A stretch of 64,000 nucleotides of DNA from an uncultured Thermoleophilia bacterium. GTDB taxonomy: Bacteria > Actinomycetota > Thermoleophilia > UBA2241. A model generated the notes under the pieces. It was not told the DNA's origin, made no database searches, and saw only the letters and a list, made by a program, of their open reading frames with translations. Positions within the stretch are counted from its first letter, which is position 1. Every line of letters starts with the position of its first letter. The stretch spans positions 710,905-774,904 of the forward strand of contig CAVQVW010000004.1 in NCBI GenBank assembly GCA_963717285.1, given 5' to 3'. The position numbers and the translations under genes were made by a program. This document shows, one piece after another, positions 9,233 to 19,024 of the stretch.

Positions 9233-10030
9233 TCCCGACCGCAGGAGCCCGGCAAGCTGTAGTTCGTAGAACTCGGCGTGCCCATGCTTCAGGTAGCGCG
9301 ACGACGCGTAGCGGGCCAGCCGCAGAACGGGCAGGCCGGCCACCTCGGGCTCGTGCTCGCAGTCCCCGTCACCGCAGTCGAGAGCGTGTGCGAAGCTGTC
9401 GAAGAAGCCGGGCAGCATGGCGTCGATGTCATAGCCCACCTTGAGGACCTTGGGCTCCGGGAAGGTGATTGGTGCCTCCACCCCGGCGATGCGCACCGTC
9501 TCGTACGGGTAGTAGCGCTTCACGAAGTGGCGGGTGCGACGCACGGCGACGACGTCGAGGATGTCGAAGAGCTTATCGGGCGAGAGATCGTCGGGGTCGA
9601 GCGCCATCGCCTCGCCGAAGTGCTGCTTCAGCGAGCGGATGCCTACATGGGCGAAGGCCGCATCGTTGCGGATGAAGTAGCTGAGCAGGCAGTAGAGGTC
9701 CCAGATCGAGTTGTTCACCGGGGTCGCAGTCAGGAGCACGAGGTCCTTGGGCGGCGAGCCTTCGAGCGGGCGGCGTAGCACCGAGGCCCGAAGCGCGTCC
9801 GGGTTCCGGTACGCCTGCGCCTCGTCGATCACGATCATCGCATACTCGTCCTTGTCGAAGACAAGGTGGTCGCCGTCGCCGTCGGGGTTGAGCTGGCGGT
9901 CCTTGGACAGTCCCTCGTAGGAGAGGTTCTTCACACCGAGCTGCTCGCGCTCGAGGAACGCCTTCCACAGGCCGTCACGCAACACAGCGGGGCTGACGAG
10001 CAGTACGCGCTGGCGGCGCCTAACGAGCAC
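9230..10030 (-). pseudogene. SNF2-family helicase fragment (motifs Ia-III only; both ends missing)
   Basis: RVLLVSPAVLRDGLW, DEAQAYRN (DEAH box) and LLTATPVNNS are present. Walker A and the C-terminal helicase lobe are absent. The ORF's N-terminal extension is repeat-derived. Confidence 0.6.
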
Positions 10031-10254
10031 ACCGAGTCGCTCAAGAGGGCCTCGATCTTCTACTACTACGGCGGCACGCAGCCGTTGCGGGCGGGGCTGG
10101 ATCCGGCGTACGCGGTCGTGCTGCTCGCCGTCGCGGCAGTCCTGATCGCGGTGTCCTTCCCACTCTTCCAGCGCAGGGATGTGCGCGAGAAGGACTAGGC
10201 GCCACCACGTCGGAGAAGCCGTCGCGCGGCTTCGGCTGCCTCCTGGTGCCGGGG

Positions 10255-10720
10255 TCATCTGCGCTGACCTGCACCCCTGGAATCGGTCCAGGCTGGACTG
10301 TGGCTCTCCGGCCGATGACGGACGGTGGGGACGTGTGGGCTCCTCCGATATGTCCCGTCTGCAACCCTCCTGCAACCGAACGCAGCGTCACGCGACGGCG
10401 GCATCCAGTATGGCCGAGCCGGCCGCCACACTTGAGAGGCCGACATCGTTGTGGATATCGAAGAACTCGGAACGGCGTCGAGCGCGACTGCGCGACGACG
10501 GCGACCTCCTTCCCGGCCATCGCCATGGTGACGGCCAGGTTGCACACCAACGTGGTCTTGCCCGCCTGTGCTCGCGCAGGTCACTTGACGACGTCCGTCG
10601 GGGGCTGAGGCGATCGTCTTCCCCGGCTTCTCACTCTCCGACTTCTCCCCGCCGGGACCTGTGCGGGAGGTGGCCCTGGGACTAACATAGGCAGTGGACC
10701 GACGAACGGGGTCCGGTCAG
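10255..10720 (+). mobile_element. Non-autonomous IS-derived element: D' left end, A iteron module (10355-10395), internal ParA/MinD-like ATPase fragment (10430-10570, minus strand), B right end (10650-10720)
   Basis: The module order D'-A-cargo-B matches the shorter A-B copies. The internal fragment reads RAQAGKTTLVCNLAVTMAMAGKEVAVV (deviant Walker A). Confidence 0.5.
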
Positions 10721-10856
10721 CCGCCACAAGGGTGCACGACGTCGACGCTGCTCGCATCATATCTGGCTGCCTGCCGATCGAGATCCCGCCTAGCTGTGAC
10801 GGCCTCCGGTCACGACGCGGCTTTGCCGCAGCGGGACCGAGCGGGAGAATAGGCTC

Positions 10857-11606
10857 GTGAACCCAGTGCTTCCTACATGGGGTGCCAACGTGGCTGTGAT
10901 CGTCGCCGGCTCGCTGCTGGTCGGTTGTGGTGCAGCAGGCGATGGGCCCTCCGCAACGCCATCTCTCCACGGCTCGCCGAAGCCGTCGGGCGCCAGCGCT
11001 GACGGAACGGGTGCCCTTGTCGTCTTCGACGGCGACTCCCTTACCGTCGGCTACCGGATCGGCTCTCGGGAAAGCTACCCCAGCCAGGTTGCGCAGAGCC
11101 TCCCGGAAGGCACATCCACACTCAACGTCGCCGTTTCGGGCCAGACATGGCCGGACCTATCGGCCGACGCCGTCGAAGAAGTGGATGCCCAGTACTCGGT
11201 CGACCGCCCGGCCAATGTCGTGGTCGTATGGGCGGCAGCCAACGACCTGGCGACGGGCTACACGGCGAAGGAGGTTGCCCACAACGCTCGCGACTACTGC
11301 GCTCAGCGCCGCCGGCACGGCTTCGCGGTCGTCCTCCTGACTATGTATCCACTGCAGCCAAGAGGCATCGACGCCGACTACGAGCGCGAGAGGCGCGCCT
11401 ACAACGAGCTGCTGCGCGCCGGGTGGCACGAATACGCTGACGCCCTCGTCGACGTAGCAGCCGACAGCCGTCTCGGCGGCGAGTCGGGACAAGATCGCTC
11501 GCGGTACTTCCTCGACCCCGTCCACCTGAACGCGGCGGGCTACCGGGTCGTCGCCGAACTAGTGGCTCAAGTCCTGCGGCCGCTCATCGGAAGTCCGGCG
11601 CAGTGA
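10857..11606 (+). CDS. SGNH/GDSL hydrolase family lipoprotein
   Basis: Signal peptide with lipobox LVGC, GDSL motif VVFDGDSLTVG, and catalytic DPVHLNAAG. Confidence 0.7.
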   Translation: MNPVLPTWGANVAVIVAGSLLVGCGAAGDGPSATPSLHGSPKPSGASADGTGALVVFDGDSLTVGYRIGSRESYPSQVAQSLPEGTSTLNVAVSGQTWPDLSADAVEEVDAQYSVDRPANVVVVWAAANDLATGYTAKEVAHNARDYCAQRRRHGFAVVLLTMYPLQPRGIDADYERERRAYNELLRAGWHEYADALVDVAADSRLGGESGQDRSRYFLDPVHLNAAGYRVVAELVAQVLRPLIGSPAQ

Positions 11607-12039
11607 TCGTAGTCAACCCTCCTGAGTTGTATCCCCTTCGGGGCGTCGGCACGACGCTCTGCGAAGTGCCCAAGCAGCGCCTGTGCCGACTTCTCAGAGC
11701 AGCACCCCATACCGACTACCCGGACTAGCGTCAGCCCTTGTCGACCTCCGCCGTGCATGTGCGTCGCAGTAGCCCTCACGAACAGGGAAACCGACGTTCC
11801 GAGCGTGGAATCGGCTGGCCGGCGACACGCCCACGCTCAATCCTGAGAGGAATGACTTCGCGAAGAAGCGTCACTTGTGGTCTGAGGATGCTCAGAGGCA
11901 GCACCCACGGCACCGGGAGCATAGGGTCGGGCGAAAGCCTCAGCCAGGGCTAGACCATCCGGGCTCGCGATACTTCCGCGGAGCAGTAGAGTGGCACGCC
12001 CCGGGTTCCGCGTCGGCTGAGTTACTTGGGAACCAAGCT

Positions 12040-12200
12040 TCCTGAGGCTTGCTGATTGTACTGCTCGAGCACCTGCAGCGGCGTTTGCCGTCTCATCTGC
12101 CCGTTGCTCGTTCGCGGACCGCTGTCGGAGTGCGCGACGAGCCCTTCGTCGCGCTCGTAGCGGGCGGACAGCGCCATGTCGAAAGCACCGATGTCCTTCC
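12040..12200 (-). pseudogene. degenerate rve-type transposase fragment
   Basis: Minus-strand translation ...GLVAHSDSGPRTSN... resembles the IS3 OrfB catalytic region. There is no intact ORF. Confidence 0.25.
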
Positions 12201-12502
12201 GCCAGGATCAGGTGACCCTGGAAACGGAGCCCCCGTCTAGCCTAGGCCGCGCTCAGAATGGGAAGTAGTCCTCGCTCGATTCAGAGCCGATGAGCGTCTA
12301 GGGGCTTCGACTTCCGTCGATGCGTGACGTGGCCGTCATGTCGCGGCTACGTGCGACCGCCTACACACCGGCGAGCAGGCGGATGCCCGCCTCTCGATTC
12401 ATCCGACGGCACACGGGGAACCTCTGGGGTGCGGGAACGTCCTCTTCTTGGGAGGCGCGACCCCGGCCGGCCCTCACCCCCGATGCGAAGGAGTCTCCAT
12501 CC

Positions 12503-13711
12503 ATGGACATCGTGAACCGCGCAACCATTGTCCGTCTGGCCGCCGTCAGCGGCTGGCCGTCGGTTTCGATCTACCTCCCGACGCATCACCGCCCCACCCA
12601 GGCAGAACCGGACCGCATCCGCCTGCGCAATCTCGTGAGCGAGGCACGACAGGCGTTGATCGCGGGCAGACTGCGCGACACGGACGCCGATGCGCTGCTC
12701 GCACGCGTCTCGACCCTCTCAACGACCAAGGATCTGTGGAGCGGTGGTTTCGAGGGGCTCGCGATCTTCGTGACGGCGGATGGGACGGAAGTCCTGCGCG
12801 TGGACACGCCGATGCCGGAGAGAGCCGTCGTGGGCGACCGCCGCTACCTGCGCCCGCTGTTCGCCGTCTACCACCGCGACATGCACTTCTGGGCGCTCGC
12901 GCTCGACAAGAACGGTGTGCGGCTCGTGCGCGGCGACCGCACCTCCGTCGGGGAGGTCTCGCTACCCGCCGGCACGCCCGTCAGGCTCGAGGACGAGACG
13001 AAGTACGACATACACGACGTGGCCCTCCGGTTCCAGACGATTCCGGGCGTCGGCCCCGAGCAGGGCCGCGGCGTCGCTCAGTACCATGGGCACGGCGGCG
13101 AGAAGGATGCCGACAAGGTGAGCCTCCTGCAGTTCATCTCCGACGTCGCCCGCGGCGTCACCACCGTCATCGGCGCACAGTCCACCGAGCCGCTCGTGGT
13201 ACTCGGCGTCGACTACATCGTCGACGCCTACCGCGGGGTGGCGTCGTACGCGGGCATCGTTTCCGAACGGCTCGATGGTGCGACGGGACACCTGAGCGCC
13301 ACCGAGATCCGTGACCGGGCGCTGACGGCGCTCACCGCCCGTATCGCGACGACAACCGAGGCCGACATCGCCGAACTCGCGGAGAAGACGGGCACCGGAT
13401 TCACGTCCGCTGATCCGGCCGAGGTGTTCGCAGCCGCGGCGGCCGGACGCGTCAAGACGCTCTTCATGGATGGCGGGGCGGGCCCATGGGGGACGGTCGA
13501 TCGCTCCACACTCGTGGTGAGCACCGTGTGTGACGGCCAGCCGACCTACCTGCGCGACCCGGCCGCACCCGAGGGAGTCGACGAAGCGCAGTGCGGCTGG
13601 GACCTCGTGGACCTCGCCGCGGTCGAGACGATCACGCACGGCGGCACCGTACACGCATTTGCCGATGAGGGATCGCCGGTATCGGGAGTCGCGGCAGTCT
13701 TCCGCTACTGA
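12503..13711 (+). CDS. hypothetical protein, possibly baeRF (bacterial eRF1-like, Rv2629-like) family
   Basis: 402 aa with an AAGGAG ribosome-binding site 10 nt upstream of the ATG. The family call is tentative: Asp-rich with a conserved HFWALALD...VRLVRG segment. Confidence 0.4.
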   Translation: MDIVNRATIVRLAAVSGWPSVSIYLPTHHRPTQAEPDRIRLRNLVSEARQALIAGRLRDTDADALLARVSTLSTTKDLWSGGFEGLAIFVTADGTEVLRVDTPMPERAVVGDRRYLRPLFAVYHRDMHFWALALDKNGVRLVRGDRTSVGEVSLPAGTPVRLEDETKYDIHDVALRFQTIPGVGPEQGRGVAQYHGHGGEKDADKVSLLQFISDVARGVTTVIGAQSTEPLVVLGVDYIVDAYRGVASYAGIVSERLDGATGHLSATEIRDRALTALTARIATTTEADIAELAEKTGTGFTSADPAEVFAAAAAGRVKTLFMDGGAGPWGTVDRSTLVVSTVCDGQPTYLRDPAAPEGVDEAQCGWDLVDLAAVETITHGGTVHAFADEGSPVSGVAAVFRY

Positions 13712-14078
13712 AGTGAGCGCCGGCGACGTGACCCGACCCCATTCGTTGGTCCACTTCCCATGTTAGTCCTATGGCACACTCCGGCACGACCCCACAAGCG
13801 GTGGACCGAGCAGCGGGTCCAGTCAACGTCATGTGATCCCCTTCTCTCGAGCGGGCACACACGCCGTAGGGCGAGTTCGACCGCTTGATGCGCCTGTGCG
13901 TGCCTGCGCACAGGGCGATCTCCACACGCCTCCCCGTCTGCCGCGCGGGCAACGGGAAACAGTGGGGCTGCGACCGGTCTCTGTCGATGCTTGTCGCAGG
14001 AGTCCATGAAGGGGCATGCGGCCGAGTTGCCCCGAGAGCCGTGTTGCCCCGGACACGAGCGACGGGGGTGCGCTTCTC

Positions 14079-15133
14079 ATGAGACCCAACCTGCCCAGAC
14101 GCCTGCTTCTGATCACCGCCATCGCCTCGCTGACGCTGCTCGTTGCGGCCACGCCGGCGTTCGCCGGCTGGTCGGTGCAGCAGCTGACCGACAACACCCG
14201 TAACGACCGCAACCCCCGCATCGACCAGGGCCAGGTCGTCCGGTCCAGTGGCTATGGCAACTCGAACGCCGCGAACTACATCTACCTCTACGACATCAAT
14301 CAGGGCGGTCCGGTCGACCAGCTAAGCAGCAACGGCCCTACGATGAGTCACCCCAGATCGACGGGGGCTGGGTGGTCTGGAGTGCGTACGCTAGCGGCGG
14401 AACCGGAGACATCGATGTCTACGCCACCCGCAGCATCCCGGGAAGCCTGATCGTCAATCTGAGCAACAGCAGCGGCGCCTACTACCCCCAGATCGACGGG
14501 GGACAGGTGGTCTGGACGAGATCAGTCTGGCAGGGCTCGTTCGGGTACCCGCAGGTCTTCCTCTACGACCTCAACCAGGGCGGTTGGGTCGTGCAGCTGA
14601 CCAACGGCACCACCAGCAACACCAGGCCTCAGATCGACCAGGGCCAGGTGGTCTGGACGGAGCAAGATGGTCAGGACCACGCGGTCAACCTCTACGACCT
14701 CAACCAGGGCGGCCCGGTCGTGCAGCTGGCCGCGACCACGACCCCCATCCACGGCCTCCAGATCGACGACGGCCAGGTGGTCTGGTACTGCTCCGACGGG
14801 CAGGACAGCGAGATCTACTTCGCAGTCTACAAGGACGCGAACCAGCAGATCGGTGAAGTCGAGGACTTCTTCGACGAAGCTGTGGCCGATGGGACCCTGC
14901 TGGGCAGCGGGCCGGGAAGATCTGCCGCGGGGCGGCTCGGTGCTTTGGACAACATGCTGGCGCAGGTCGAAGCCTACATAGAGCAGGGCGACACCGCCGC
15001 CGCCGTCAAGCTGCAGAGGGTCTACGATCGCTGCGACGGGCAAGCCCGCCCACCGGACTTCGTGGGCGGGTCGGCGGCCTCTGAGCTGGCCAGTCTCGTG
15101 CAGGAGTTCATCGACGAGCTGAGCGCGATGTAG
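14079..15133 (+). CDS. secreted repeat protein (tandem ~45-aa PQIDGGQVVW / LYDLNQGG beta-propeller-like repeats) with a C-terminal helical domain; frameshift near 14370
   Basis: Signal peptide MRPNLPRRLLLITAIASLTLLVAATPAFA. Repeats are seen in both overlapping ORFs (14016-14450 and 14372-15133). Confidence 0.5.
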
Positions 15134-15344
15134 CAGAGTGCGTCGGAAGAGCCGGGCTCAGGAGTGACGGAGGCCCTTCGGGGCCTCCGTTCTCGTCCGT
15201 CTCCCCAGCGATTGCCACCCCCGTCACCTGAGCGGGATGACCATGCGCCGCCCGTCGCGGCGAAGCTCCGCGCAAACGCCTTCGCCTCGGCTTCGGCCAG
15301 GCAGACGGACAAGGCGACTTCCGAGCATTCCGCCGACCCCTCTC

Positions 15345-15515
15345 TGCAACCCGTCTGCAACCCTCCTGCAACCGAACCTGGCGTCACGGGATGGTGCTGG
15401 GCGGTGGTCGCTGGCATTTCGCGGCACATAGACGCGCCCTCCGACTTCGCCCTCCGGTACGTACGCGGAAGGTGGCTCTGGGACCAACATGAGAAGTGGA
15501 CCGACGAATGGGGTC
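15345..15515 (+). repeat. A-B MITE-like element (about 170 bp)
   Basis: A module CTGCAACCCTCCTGCAACCGAACCTGGCGTCAC and B terminus ...GGACCGACGAATGGGGTCCGG. Sister copies lie at 16400-16566 and 25058-25292. Confidence 0.75.
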
Positions 15516-15684
15516 CGGGCCACGTCCCGGCCAGTGGGACCGTCTCCGACTGCGGCGCTACGTGCGTCTCGGAACGCGAGAGCGCAGACCTGCGTGGAGC
15601 GGTCTCCGATCTTGCGAGCGCGTTTCCGGACGGCTGATTCAGGAAAGGCCAAGGGCGGGATCTGCCATCTAGTCGGAGGGTGTC

Positions 15685-16368
15685 ATGGCCGCCAGCAGGA
15701 AGTGGAGCGAGCTCAGCAGCCGCAGCCGCAAGCTGATCGTCGGCACCGGAGTCGTGGAGGCCACGCTGCTGTTGGCGACCCTCATCGACCTCAGGCGTCG
15801 CCCCGCAGATCAGGTGAACGGTTCGAAGCGGATGTGGACTGCGCTGGCCTTCGTCGACATCATCGGGCCGATCGCGTACTTCTCCCTGGGGCGGCGGCGA
15901 GGTGCCAGCGACATGAGCGCGACTACCACTATCGGAAGGCCTCCCGATGAGGTCTTCGCCTACCTTTCTGATGTCGGCAACGATGTGAACTGGCGTACCG
16001 GGATCGTCGACTCTGGGCTGCGGTCTGACGGGCCCGCCGGAGTGGGCTCCGTTGGGTACGCTCGCACTGGGAAGACCGAGGCCGTCTACCGGATGACCGC
16101 GCTCGAGCCGCCCTCACGCGTTGACTGGGAGTTCGTCGAAGGCCCACTCAGCGGGCGAGGTGGCTATCGACTTGAGCCTGCCGAGAACGGTACGCGATTC
16201 ACGCTGGCCGCCGATGTCCGGCCATCTGGCCCGATGAAGCTACTGGGGCCCGTCTTCACGTGGATGGTGCGTCGCTGGAATCGCTCTGACGTCGAGGCTC
16301 TGCGGACCATCCTTGAGTCTGGGACGGGCTCGTCGGGCAGCCAGAGTAGCACCGAACCAGCGGACTGA
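15685..16368 (+). CDS. fusion protein: PLDc_N-like N-terminal membrane domain plus SRPBCC (Bet v1/polyketide-cyclase-like) domain
   Basis: WTALAFVDIIGPIAYFSLGRR motif, then an SRPBCC-like PPDEVFAYLSDVGN...W...YRLEP region. Confidence 0.5.
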   Translation: MAASRKWSELSSRSRKLIVGTGVVEATLLLATLIDLRRRPADQVNGSKRMWTALAFVDIIGPIAYFSLGRRRGASDMSATTTIGRPPDEVFAYLSDVGNDVNWRTGIVDSGLRSDGPAGVGSVGYARTGKTEAVYRMTALEPPSRVDWEFVEGPLSGRGGYRLEPAENGTRFTLAADVRPSGPMKLLGPVFTWMVRRWNRSDVEALRTILESGTGSSGSQSSTEPAD

Positions 16369-16399
16369 GCAGGCGCGCCCGAGCGCCGGATGATCCCTT

Positions 16400-16566
16400 T
16401 GTGCCGCCCTCCCGCAACCGAACCTAGCGTCACACGTTGGTGCTGGGCGGTACTCGCTGGGACTGCTCGGGACAACGGCGAGCTTCACGACGAGGTCGCT
16501 GGCACCTATGCGGGGGGTGGCCCTCCGACCAACATGCGAAGTGGACCGACGAATGGGGTCCGGTCA
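16400..16566 (+). repeat. A-B MITE-like element
   Basis: Same module order and termini as 15345-15515. Confidence 0.7.
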
Positions 16567-17526
16567 GCCCGCGAAGTGCGCCTCGAAGAGGGTCGAGAGC
16601 GGTCTCCATCCGACCGCCTGCGGTGAGGCCAGGTGGAGGTGCCTGGCGGACTTGAGCACCAGCGCAATCGGGACGGCGAGCGAGGTGCGGTGCAGTGTCC
16701 GCGGGTGTGTCGTCGTTGCCAGGGTGATTCCGATCACGCGGCCGTCGATGTTGGCCAGCGGCCCTCCCGAGAACCCGGGCTTCGTGTCTGCCGATGTGAC
16801 TATCAGCTCTCTGATCTCATCGAGACCGGTGACCGTGACTCGTCGCAGGACCTTGACGACCACGCCTTCGGCAATCGGCTCCTCGAAATGCTGAGGGGCG
16901 CCCACGGCGAAGACTGGCGTTCCGGGCTGGACCGACGTGAGATCGCTCTCGATTGGCGCAGGCACAAGGTCATCCAGAGTCGTACGCAGAAAGGCGAGAT
17001 CACAGTCGGGATCTTGGGCCACGACGGTCACCTCGTCTTGGCGGCCTTCCGCGTCGTAGACCGTGATGAAGTCCGCAGGTTCGTCTCCGCCAAGGGTGGC
17101 GACGTGGTTGCTGGTCACGATCAGCCCATCATCGCTGAGAACCACTCCGGTGCCGATCATGCCTCGTACCGGGCCTCTGTCGGGCTCAACCGTGACGAGG
17201 ATGCCGACGGTGGGGTGCAGTACGCGTTCGGCAGAAACCGGAGACGAGGGTGTGCTCGGACCGTCGCGGACGTCTGTGCTGGTGGCCGAGCAGCCACCCG
17301 CGAGAGCGACGAGCATGATGAGGAGGGGCCACACAGCTAGCGCCCACCCCGGAATGGGAGGTCCAGGCCCTCTCGTGCGTGGCGACGCGTCCGCCCGTGG
17401 GCTGGACGACCCGGCGCCATTCGACCCAGGTCGTCTTGTCGGCGGGCTGGGAGCTGACCCGGTGAACACCCGGGAGACGGACGCACTCGCGCCGGGAGAC
17501 ACTGCGGCGACAGGTCGCGGGTGCAT
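16564..17526 (-). CDS. trypsin-like serine peptidase (S1/HtrA-like), probable lipoprotein; start uncertain
   Basis: GTGVVLSDDGLIVTSNHV and TKPGFSGGPL catalytic motifs. A LAGGC lipobox lies after a hydrophobic segment. Confidence 0.6.
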   Translation of the reverse strand: MHPRPVAAVSPGASASVSRVFTGSAPSPPTRRPGSNGAGSSSPRADASPRTRGPGPPIPGWALAVWPLLIMLVALAGGCSATSTDVRDGPSTPSSPVSAERVLHPTVGILVTVEPDRGPVRGMIGTGVVLSDDGLIVTSNHVATLGGDEPADFITVYDAEGRQDEVTVVAQDPDCDLAFLRTTLDDLVPAPIESDLTSVQPGTPVFAVGAPQHFEEPIAEGVVVKVLRRVTVTGLDEIRELIVTSADTKPGFSGGPLANIDGRVIGITLATTTHPRTLHRTSLAVPIALVLKSARHLHLASPQAVGWRPLSTLFEAHFAG

Positions 17527-17704
17527 GGTATCGTGATACCCGCACGAGAATGGCTCCAAGCCGTCGGCGCAGATGGACGTGCTACGCGAGGCCGGCGCAT
17601 ACGGGATTGCTCTGGCTCCTGCATGTCCGGTCGCGCTCTTGGGTAGATAGAGTGCCCGGCCCCGTCGGAGGTGCGGACGAACACCGATGCGAAAGTGAGG
17701 GACG

Positions 17705-17860
17705 ATGCCGACCTGCAACGAGATGAAGACGGGCGAGACCTACGAGTGCGAGAGCTGCGGCCTGGAACTCACGGTCGCCGTGTCGTGCGCGGACAAGGGT
17801 GGCTGCTCGTGCTCGGAGCCCTTCGCCTGCTGCGGCAAGCCGCTCACCCGCAAAACGTAG
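17705..17860 (+). CDS. small Cys-rich protein (51 aa, 10 Cys), MymT-like bacterial metallothionein candidate
   Basis: ...CESCGLE...CSCSEPFACCGKPL resembles the CxHxxCxC...CCGxP pattern of MymT. Translationally coupled to the downstream ferredoxin. Confidence 0.35.
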   Translation: MPTCNEMKTGETYECESCGLELTVAVSCADKGGCSCSEPFACCGKPLTRKT

Positions 17861-17872
17861 AGGAGGCAGACT

Positions 17873-18064
17873 GTGACTGTTCCTGTGGTCGACCCCGATC
17901 TCTGTACGGGTTGTGGCGTGTGCGAAGAGCTCTGCCCAACAGTCTTCGAGCTCGGCGAGGATGGGCTGGCCCACGTCATCGCTGGCTCCGACTGCGATAC
18001 GGCGGGGTGCTGTGAGGAAGCCGCTGAGTCCTGTCCGGACGAGGCGATCTCGCTCGGAAGCTGA
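17873..18064 (+). CDS. ferredoxin (single [3Fe-4S]/[4Fe-4S] cluster)
   Basis: CTGCGVCEELCP...CP motif. GAGGAGG ribosome-binding site before a GTG start. Confidence 0.7.
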   Translation: MTVPVVDPDLCTGCGVCEELCPTVFELGEDGLAHVIAGSDCDTAGCCEEAAESCPDEAISLGS

Positions 18065-18098
18065 CGGCCGGACCGGTTGACTCCCCAAACGACGGGGG

Positions 18099-18363
18099 CT
18101 ATGAGCCGAGGCGGCCGTCCAGCTCCCCGCTGGCGCTCAGATCGGCCAGGTCGTCATAGCCGCCCGCGCTTCGGCCGTCGATGAACAGCTGGGGCACGGT
18201 CCGGCGGCCTGAGCGCTCCACCATCTCTCGCTGCTTGGCTCCGTCATGCGTCACGTCGATCTCGCGGTAGGCGAGACCCTTCGACTCAAGGAGTGTCCTG
18301 GCCTTGGCACTGTAGGGGCACCACGCCTTCGTGTAGATCACGATGTCGGTCACGGATCTCCTC
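18099..18363 (-). CDS. glutaredoxin (GrxC-like)
   Basis: VIYTKAWCPYSAKA...TVPQLFIDG motif. AAGGAGG ribosome-binding site before a GTG start. Confidence 0.7.
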
Positions 18364-18666
18364 CTTTGCGAGGTGGATGCTCTGAAGACGACCATACCCG
18401 CTTTTCGACTGCCGCCAAGCACCGCTTCCCGTCCGCTCCCATCCAGTCGCACGCATCTGGGTTGCAGTATGGTCGCAACCGGGCCTACCGGAGGTGCGCA
18501 CGCAGCGCTGTCCAGTGCCGCGCGCTGCCAGCGCGTACCGTCCAGCACCATCCCGTGATGCTAGGTTCGGTTGCAGGAGGGCTGCAGACGGGCCCTCGCA
18601 CTCTCACAGGAAGCGGACCAACGAACGGGCAGGCAGTCTGCCGGCGTCTCCCTCCGATCTGTTCCT

Positions 18667-18852
18667 CTACGAATTCAGGAACCGCAGGAGGTCGTAGACG
18701 AGGAAGGCAGGCCACACCAACGCCTGAAGGAAACCGAGGACGCCGTCCCAGAACCCGGTCGCCGTCTGGATGTAGTAGACAACCGCGCCGATGAATCCCA
18801 GTCCGTAGACTGCACCTGTCCCGCAGGCTGCGTTCGCTGCTCCTCTCGCCAT
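18667..18852 (-). CDS. small membrane protein (61 aa), hypothetical
   Basis: Two hydrophobic helices plus GFWDGVLGFLQALVWPAF. Confidence 0.3.
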   Translation of the reverse strand: MARGAANAACGTGAVYGLGFIGAVVYYIQTATGFWDGVLGFLQALVWPAFLVYDLLRFLNS

Positions 18853-19024
18853 CTTCGCTCCCTCTGGTTCGGCTGCTCTCGGCCTTTCCTCACTGCTGCT
18901 CGCACGGGACCTCGTCTTGCCCCATGCGTCGCGACCCACTCGGGCATACATACCCGCATCCACGTCACCATGAGCACGGGACTTGTACCGCCCACCACCA
19001 GCGACTACCGCTCGGCACCGTCCC

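Noticed and set aside
9059-10375. Treating the whole 438-aa ORF as an SNF2 gene
   Set aside because: The N-terminal ~110 residues (MQEGCRRD...) are translated from A and D repeat modules. Only 9230-10030 is helicase-derived.
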